Shown here in pieces: positions 27,712 to 32,000 of a DNA stretch of 32,000 nt. Made by a program: the position numbers and the translations under genes. The notes under the pieces were generated by a model. It was not told the DNA's origin. It saw only the letters and a program-made list of their open reading frames with translations, and did no database searches. Origin of the DNA: an archaeon. Lineage in GTDB: Archaea > Iainarchaeota > Iainarchaeia > Iainarchaeales > CSSED10-239. The stretch lies in assembly GCA_041657425.1 (NCBI GenBank), contig JBBABY010000001.1, positions 138,494-170,493 of the forward strand, written 5' to 3'. Each line of letters starts with the position of its first letter. Position 1 is the stretch's first letter.

Positions 27712-28036
27712 AATATAATTATGGTATATATCTATTTTTAAACCTTTATTATAATCTGAATTATACTAAATTGTATAATTGATTATAAAAATAAGGTTTA
27801 AACGCATTAATTTAGTATTGAGAGATATCCTTTTTGATATCTTTTGGCACAATTATTAATATTTTTGCAAGTATTATTAGATAATTTTCTAATTAATGAA
27901 CTAAATAGGGGAGTTAAGTCAATAAGTTTAAACGGAAAAATTCATATTTTTGTTATTTTGTTTGAAATATAAAGAAAAACTTAGTAAAGACGACAAAATA
28001 GCGCATTTTATAAATATTTTGTTATAATTAATATAT

Positions 28037-29221
28037 ATGGTAAAAAAATTAGATGTTCTTTTAGTTATTGGTTTATTTGAAAATGAGCAATTAGATAACA
28101 AAAAGATACAATTTAAAATAAATAAAGTAGGTTATAATGCGATATATAGTTTAACAAGGAAATTACAAAAAGAAAATTTAATTGTTAAATCAAATAATGG
28201 TTTTAATATTGCTTCTAATCAAAAAGCAAAAGAATTATTTTCACTTATTTATTTTTGTTTTAAAAATAATATAGATTACAATTCTGTTGTTTCTAAAGAA
28301 ATTGCAGAATATTTAAAAACGGGCATTACATCTAGGTATTTGGATAACTCTAAAGTTCCGAGAAATATAAATAAAATACTTAGTAAAAATGGAATGATAA
28401 TTATTGAATCTAGAAAGCCAGTACTTGCAAGGATTATCCCATCGAACTTTATTGCATTATTATTTAAATATTTTTTAAATTATATTTATGAGTATAAAGA
28501 AAGCCAGTATAATTTCATAGATTACATTAATGAAAAAGATATAGATAAAAAAATAGATAAATTATTTAGAAGATATGTGCCCAGTAATAATAAATTTGAA
28601 GATATTAAATTTATTTACTCTAGTTTATCTTTGGAAGGGATTGGGTTAACATTACCAGAAACAGAGAAGTTAATTAAAGAAAAAATCACTCCTAATATTT
28701 CTAAATATGAAGACATTCAACAAACAACTGATTATAAAAGAGCTATTGACTTTTTAAAATCAAAAGTGCTAACTTTAGAAAATATCGTTGAATTTCATAA
28801 AATTGCGATGGCTACTTTAAATTATGGAAAAGGAGAGATAAGAAACCAAAATGTAATTATTAAGAATAATCCTGAATTTAAAACTGCAGATCACAAAGAA
28901 ATTTCTGTAAAATTAGCTTTGTTTGAAAAAAAATTAATTGAGTTTAGTAATTCTAAGAAAGTAAGGCCATATATGCTTGTAGAGCAAGCAAGCTATTTAC
29001 ATAATGAATTTCAAAGAATTCATCCTTTTATTGATGGCAATAGTAGAACTTCAAGAGGAATTTTCTCAATATACCTTTACAAGCGTGGTTTTGGATTAAT
29101 TTCAATACCCATAGGCTATTTTGATATATATATGAATCAGACTAAGTTATCTAATAAAAGAGACGACCATAGTTTTACTAAGCTAATGAAACTAATAGTG
29201 TTGAAGAATCTAGAAGAATAG
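28037..29221 (+). CDS. Fic/DOC family protein with N-terminal winged-helix region and internal inhibitory-helix motif
   Basis: The Fic active-site motif is HPFIDGNSRTSRG (29021-29059). An upstream SLSLEG fits the S/TxxxE(G/N) auto-inhibition motif. The N-terminal GYNAIYSLTRKLQKENLIV is wHTH-like. Confidence 0.88.
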   Translation: MVKKLDVLLVIGLFENEQLDNKKIQFKINKVGYNAIYSLTRKLQKENLIVKSNNGFNIASNQKAKELFSLIYFCFKNNIDYNSVVSKEIAEYLKTGITSRYLDNSKVPRNINKILSKNGMIIIESRKPVLARIIPSNFIALLFKYFLNYIYEYKESQYNFIDYINEKDIDKKIDKLFRRYVPSNNKFEDIKFIYSSLSLEGIGLTLPETEKLIKEKITPNISKYEDIQQTTDYKRAIDFLKSKVLTLENIVEFHKIAMATLNYGKGEIRNQNVIIKNNPEFKTADHKEISVKLALFEKKLIEFSNSKKVRPYMLVEQASYLHNEFQRIHPFIDGNSRTSRGIFSIYLYKRGFGLISIPIGYFDIYMNQTKLSNKRDDHSFTKLMKLIVLKNLEE

Positions 29222-29330
29222 ATAGTTTAATTTTCGCACTGGACAGCCGCCCCCGTAAAAATTATAAATCTCAAATTGTAAGTATATATAATTGGTGATT
29301 GAAATATGGGTGCGTATAAAAATTCCTCAT

Positions 29331-29348
29331 TTGCGTATATGTACGCAA
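29331..29348. promoter_or_regulatory. Perfect 18-bp palindrome TTGCGTA-TATG-TACGCAA, candidate operator abutting a TATA-like box
   Basis: The 7-nt arms are exact reverse complements. A half-site copy TGCGTATA sits at 29311-29318. TATTTAAATA at 29351-29360 lies about 22-31 nt upstream of the ATG at 29382. Confidence 0.45.
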
Positions 29349-29381
29349 AGTATTTAAATAGTGTTTGTTACGTATATAGGT

Positions 29382-29984
29382 ATGCAACTTAAACGAAATA
29401 CTAAACATTTAAGAATTATTAGAATTCTTTTAGAAAATCCAAATGGAGAATTTACCAAATATAAGATATCAAAACTAGTAGATAGTTCAACTACCAGAGT
29501 TATACAAGTATTAAAAAAGTTAGAAGAACTAAAATTGGTAAGTAACACAAAAGTAATAAATTTAGATAAATTAATAGATTATTATATAAAAGTAAATAAT
29601 ATAAAATTAAAAAAATATTATTTTCACCTATCGAATCCAATAGATTTTTTTAAAAATATAAGCGAGGATTACGCATTTACAACTTATGTTGCAGAAAATA
29701 TGATTAATCATCATTTGTTTATGAATAAATTTCAAGTGTATATTAAACAAGAAGATTTTTCAAAATTGAAAGAAAATATTACAAGTAAGGGATTAATAGG
29801 GAAGGGCAATTTAACTTTAATCATTTTAAATGATCCAGAGGTTATAACTGGCTCCAAATTAATAGGTGGAGTAAAAGTAGTTTCTATACCCCAGTTATTA
29901 ATTGATCTTAAAAAAGAAGGCGGAGTGTGTATAGAGGCATATAATATATTACTTGATAAATATGTACGACAAAAAAGAAACTAA
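29382..29984 (+). CDS. wHTH protein with AbiEi-like overall layout (candidate antitoxin/regulator)
   Basis: LRIIRILLENPNGEFTKYKISKLVDSSTTRVIQVLKKLEELKLV is wHTH-like, and the C-terminal YAFTTYVAEN...VKVVSIPQLLIDLKKEGG is reminiscent of the AbiEi C-domain. I prefer the ATG at 29382; the track's GTG at 29361 is an alternative. Confidence 0.5.
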   Translation: MQLKRNTKHLRIIRILLENPNGEFTKYKISKLVDSSTTRVIQVLKKLEELKLVSNTKVINLDKLIDYYIKVNNIKLKKYYFHLSNPIDFFKNISEDYAFTTYVAENMINHHLFMNKFQVYIKQEDFSKLKENITSKGLIGKGNLTLIILNDPEVITGSKLIGGVKVVSIPQLLIDLKKEGGVCIEAYNILLDKYVRQKRN

Positions 29985-30720
29985 TATTAGTTATAAATAT
30001 CTAAAAACAATAATCTCTAAGTTAAATGAGCCGATAGTAATTATTGGTGGTTGGGCAGTATATTTAACTGTGAATAAAAATTATAAAAAGGAATTTGGAA
30101 TAAATTATATAGGTTCCAGAGATATAGATTTGGGATTTAATACAATTAAATCAATAAAAGAAACTTGTCAGATACTAGAGGAAAATGGATTTAAACTAAT
30201 TAGTTTTAGGTATTTAAAAGAGATAAACTATGAAACTGGAAAAGAATTAACAAAAGAAGAAGCAAAGACGATTCCGATATACAATATATTTTCAATGTAT
30301 ATAGACATTTTAATTTCAGATGCTAATCCAAAAATAAAAAATGAAATTGGTTTTATGCCTGCGGATGAACCAATGATTGGAATGGTATTTAAAGATAAAA
30401 CTCATAGACAAGAACTTAAAGAGTTTAATAGAAAGCTTTGGCTTCCATCTCCCTCTTTGTTATTAGCGATAAAACTTAAATCTGTTATAAACAGAAGTAA
30501 AGACCATAAGAGAATTAAAGATTATTGTGATATAGTTGCAATATGTCTGTATTCTGGAACAGATATGAATAATTTAATTAGTTTTATTAAAGAAAATACA
30601 AGTAGTAAAGATATACTAAAATTAAGAGACATACTCAATCAAGAAGAACTAAAGCAAGTAAGCGATGTATTACAGATAGATATAAACATAATAAACAAAG
30701 TATTTTCTAGATTGACTTAA
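29962..30720 (+). CDS. Minimal pol-beta-fold nucleotidyltransferase (candidate toxin), distinct from DUF1814
   Basis: IVIIGGWAVYL...GSRDIDLGF fits the hG[GS]-x(n)-D-x-D NTase pattern, and LWLPSPSLLLAIKLKS...KDYCDIVAI is a typical downstream helix. The ATG at 29962 overlaps the upstream gene by 23 nt; the track's TTG at 29953 is an alternative. Confidence 0.55.
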   Translation: MYDKKETNISYKYLKTIISKLNEPIVIIGGWAVYLTVNKNYKKEFGINYIGSRDIDLGFNTIKSIKETCQILEENGFKLISFRYLKEINYETGKELTKEEAKTIPIYNIFSMYIDILISDANPKIKNEIGFMPADEPMIGMVFKDKTHRQELKEFNRKLWLPSPSLLLAIKLKSVINRSKDHKRIKDYCDIVAICLYSGTDMNNLISFIKENTSSKDILKLRDILNQEELKQVSDVLQIDINIINKVFSRLT

Positions 30721-30729
30721 TTTATTTTT

Positions 30730-30915
30730 TTAAGTTTCCCTTTCAGCAATCAATTTCAACTGGTGACAAATTGTCACCACTTCATTTCCTTCATCTCTAA
30801 GTCTTTGAATTAGCTTGTTCCAATATTTTCTAGAATCTTCACTATCTGTCAATGCACCAACTACATTAACCACTGAGAAGTACCATTCCTCATTGTACCA
30901 TAATCTAAATGTCAC
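30730..30915 (-). pseudogene. Truncated Bro-N/DinD-like antirepressor-family fragment
   Basis: 61 codons from a GTG: TFRLWYNEEWYFSVVNVVGALTDSEDSRKYWNKLIQRLRDEGNEVVTICHQLKLIAERET. This matches, from memory, the conserved N-terminal ...W.F.vvDv...LT.s...r.YW.kLk.rL..EGnE.vT.C.qLKl.A.DGK... block. The ORF stops where full-length members continue for more than 100 aa. Confidence 0.4.
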
Positions 30916-31259
30916 ATATAATATTTAATATTCAAATAATTAGCCTAAAAGCTCTAGGTTTTTTCTTAAGATAAACAAAATTCCCAAAATTTCTAATTTC
31001 TGCAAGCAGTTATACATAAAACCTGGCAGAAAAGTTCCTTTAGTTCCAGGTATTTACTAACATAACAGCGATTTACTTTATCCATATTAAAAAGTAACTA
31101 TTTATAAACATTACTCCACTTAAAGTTCTATATTCCTAGTATAAGGAATACCGAATCTGTTTTGTACTGAGTTTAATTTTGACCAGTCAGATATATACGC
31201 AGGTTCAATCTTCATAGAAACAAAAAAGTTTTTCTTATTTTAAAAGGAAAACTAAAAAT

Positions 31260-31264
31260 GGAGG
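31260..31264 (+). promoter_or_regulatory. Shine-Dalgarno-like GGAGG for the S-layer-like gene
   Basis: GGAGG lies 8 nt upstream of the ATG at 31273. Confidence 0.45.
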
Positions 31265-31272
31265 AGAAATAA

Positions 31273-32000
31273 ATGAAGAACATAAATGTAAAAAGAATAG
31301 TTGCTGGAGCAGCTGTACTTGCATTAGGTGTAAGTGCATTAGGTTTTGCTATGGCAGCTAACACAGGCGGAGATAATTTCGGTCCTGTAGTAAAAGGAGA
31401 TATATTAAGTGCAAGCGGAGCACCAGCAACAACAATTGTTGTAGGTACAGACGCACAAATGGCTGATATGGTATGGGCAGGAAATATTGCAGGAGCAATA
31501 GCTAAGAAGACATACACAACAACCACAACAACAACTGAAGGTACAACAACAGAAGAAGAAACAACAACAGTTACAGGCGACGGTTATTTAGCTGATAACT
31601 ATGTAGTTAATGCAACAGTAACTACAAAGACTGTAGACGACCAAGATTATTCATTATTATACAAGAAAGATATTTCTGCTGATTCAGATCACGCAGGTGC
31701 AAGTACTTTAACAGTATACGATGAATTATCAGTAACTGGTAGAATTTTCTTTAATACCGATAAAGATGTTAAAGAGTTAGTTGCATCTATAGATAAAGGT
31801 GCAATAACCTACGCAATAGATTTAGATGAAGGAATTGAGAACGATTATACAAATGCAGGAGCATCACCAAGATTAAAATTCAATGTTATGGGAAAGAACT
31901 ATACTGTTGATTCATTTGATGGAACAACATTAAAGTTAATACAAAACATAGGAACTCAAGCATATTCTGTTGGTGACACATTTACTGCAGAAGAATATAC
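31273..32000 (+). CDS. S-layer-like surface protein (partial, continues beyond window)
   Basis: Not in the ORF track because it is open at the window end. Translates as MKNINVKRIVAGAAVLALGVSALGFAMA (signal) then ...TTIVVGTDAQMADMVWAGNIAGAIAKK (the VVG..A..D..aA.nIA motif of archaeal S-layer N-termini), followed by a poly-Thr run TYTTTTTTTEGTTTEEETTTVTG. Confidence 0.6.
   Translation, partial: MKNINVKRIVAGAAVLALGVSALGFAMAANTGGDNFGPVVKGDILSASGAPATTIVVGTDAQMADMVWAGNIAGAIAKKTYTTTTTTTEGTTTEEETTTVTGDGYLADNYVVNATVTTKTVDDQDYSLLYKKDISADSDHAGASTLTVYDELSVTGRIFFNTDKDVKELVASIDKGAITYAIDLDEGIENDYTNAGASPRLKFNVMGKNYTVDSFDGTTLKLIQNIGTQAYSVGDTFTAEEY

Noticed and set aside
30761-30779. Hairpin TGGTGACA-AAT-TGTCACCA considered as a standalone regulatory or terminator element
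   Set aside because: It lies inside the Bro-N-like fragment reading frame (codons VVTICHQ) and has no adjacent T-tract. It is mentioned only as context for the remnant finding.
31212-31526. 104-aa minus-strand ORF overlapping the start of the S-layer-like gene
   Set aside because: It is the shadow of the plus-strand gene, which has an SD, a signal peptide and a recognisable S-layer N-terminal motif. The antisense peptide is Ala/Pro/Thr-rich and low-complexity.
1-32000. Search for tRNA/rRNA genes, CRISPR arrays, IS elements and integrases
   Set aside because: No GC-rich structured-RNA-like segments exist in any intergenic gap other than the 21-mer at 29235-29255. No regularly spaced direct repeats are present, and no ORF has transposase or recombinase motifs. 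This absence is judged by eye only and should be confirmed with tRNAscan-SE, Infernal and CRISPR finders.

Overview
This is a very AT-rich archaeal window with no rRNA, tRNA, CRISPR array, integrase or transposase that I could see. Archaeal hallmarks are the aEF-1alpha/uS10 gene pair, RtcB, Taw3, Elp3, EndoQ, DUF373, a class III (pilin-type) signal peptide and an S-layer-like protein. Small, tightly packed genes and truncated domain architectures suggest a reduced-genome (DPANN-like) archaeon, but that lineage call is inference only. Positions 1-16.1 kb are mostly housekeeping: Elp3 (partial), Taw3, an SPFH protein, DUF373, a PRC-barrel protein, an NFACT/Rqc2-like protein, tuf, rps10, rtcB, prs, a pilin-like GLUG adhesin and ppdK. 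Positions 16.2-17.6 kb hold a small toxin-antitoxin-like pair and two orphan small proteins, followed by EndoQ. Positions 19.1-23.4 kb hold two tandem paralogous Ig-like surface proteins. Their last 366 bp are nearly identical at DNA level, while the rest of the two genes has diverged. The most interesting part is 24.3-30.9 kb, an integrase-less island of conflict-system modules. It contains a 57-aa ORF missing from the ORF track that overlaps a TacT-like GNAT by ATGA. It also contains a canonical AbiEi/AbiEii pair, a Fic protein, and a second non-canonical wHTH + minimal nucleotidyltransferase pair behind a perfect 18-bp palindrome. It ends in a truncated Bro-N-like remnant. The window closes with a partial S-layer-like gene. 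All family assignments come from motif recognition by eye, and none has been checked against a database.
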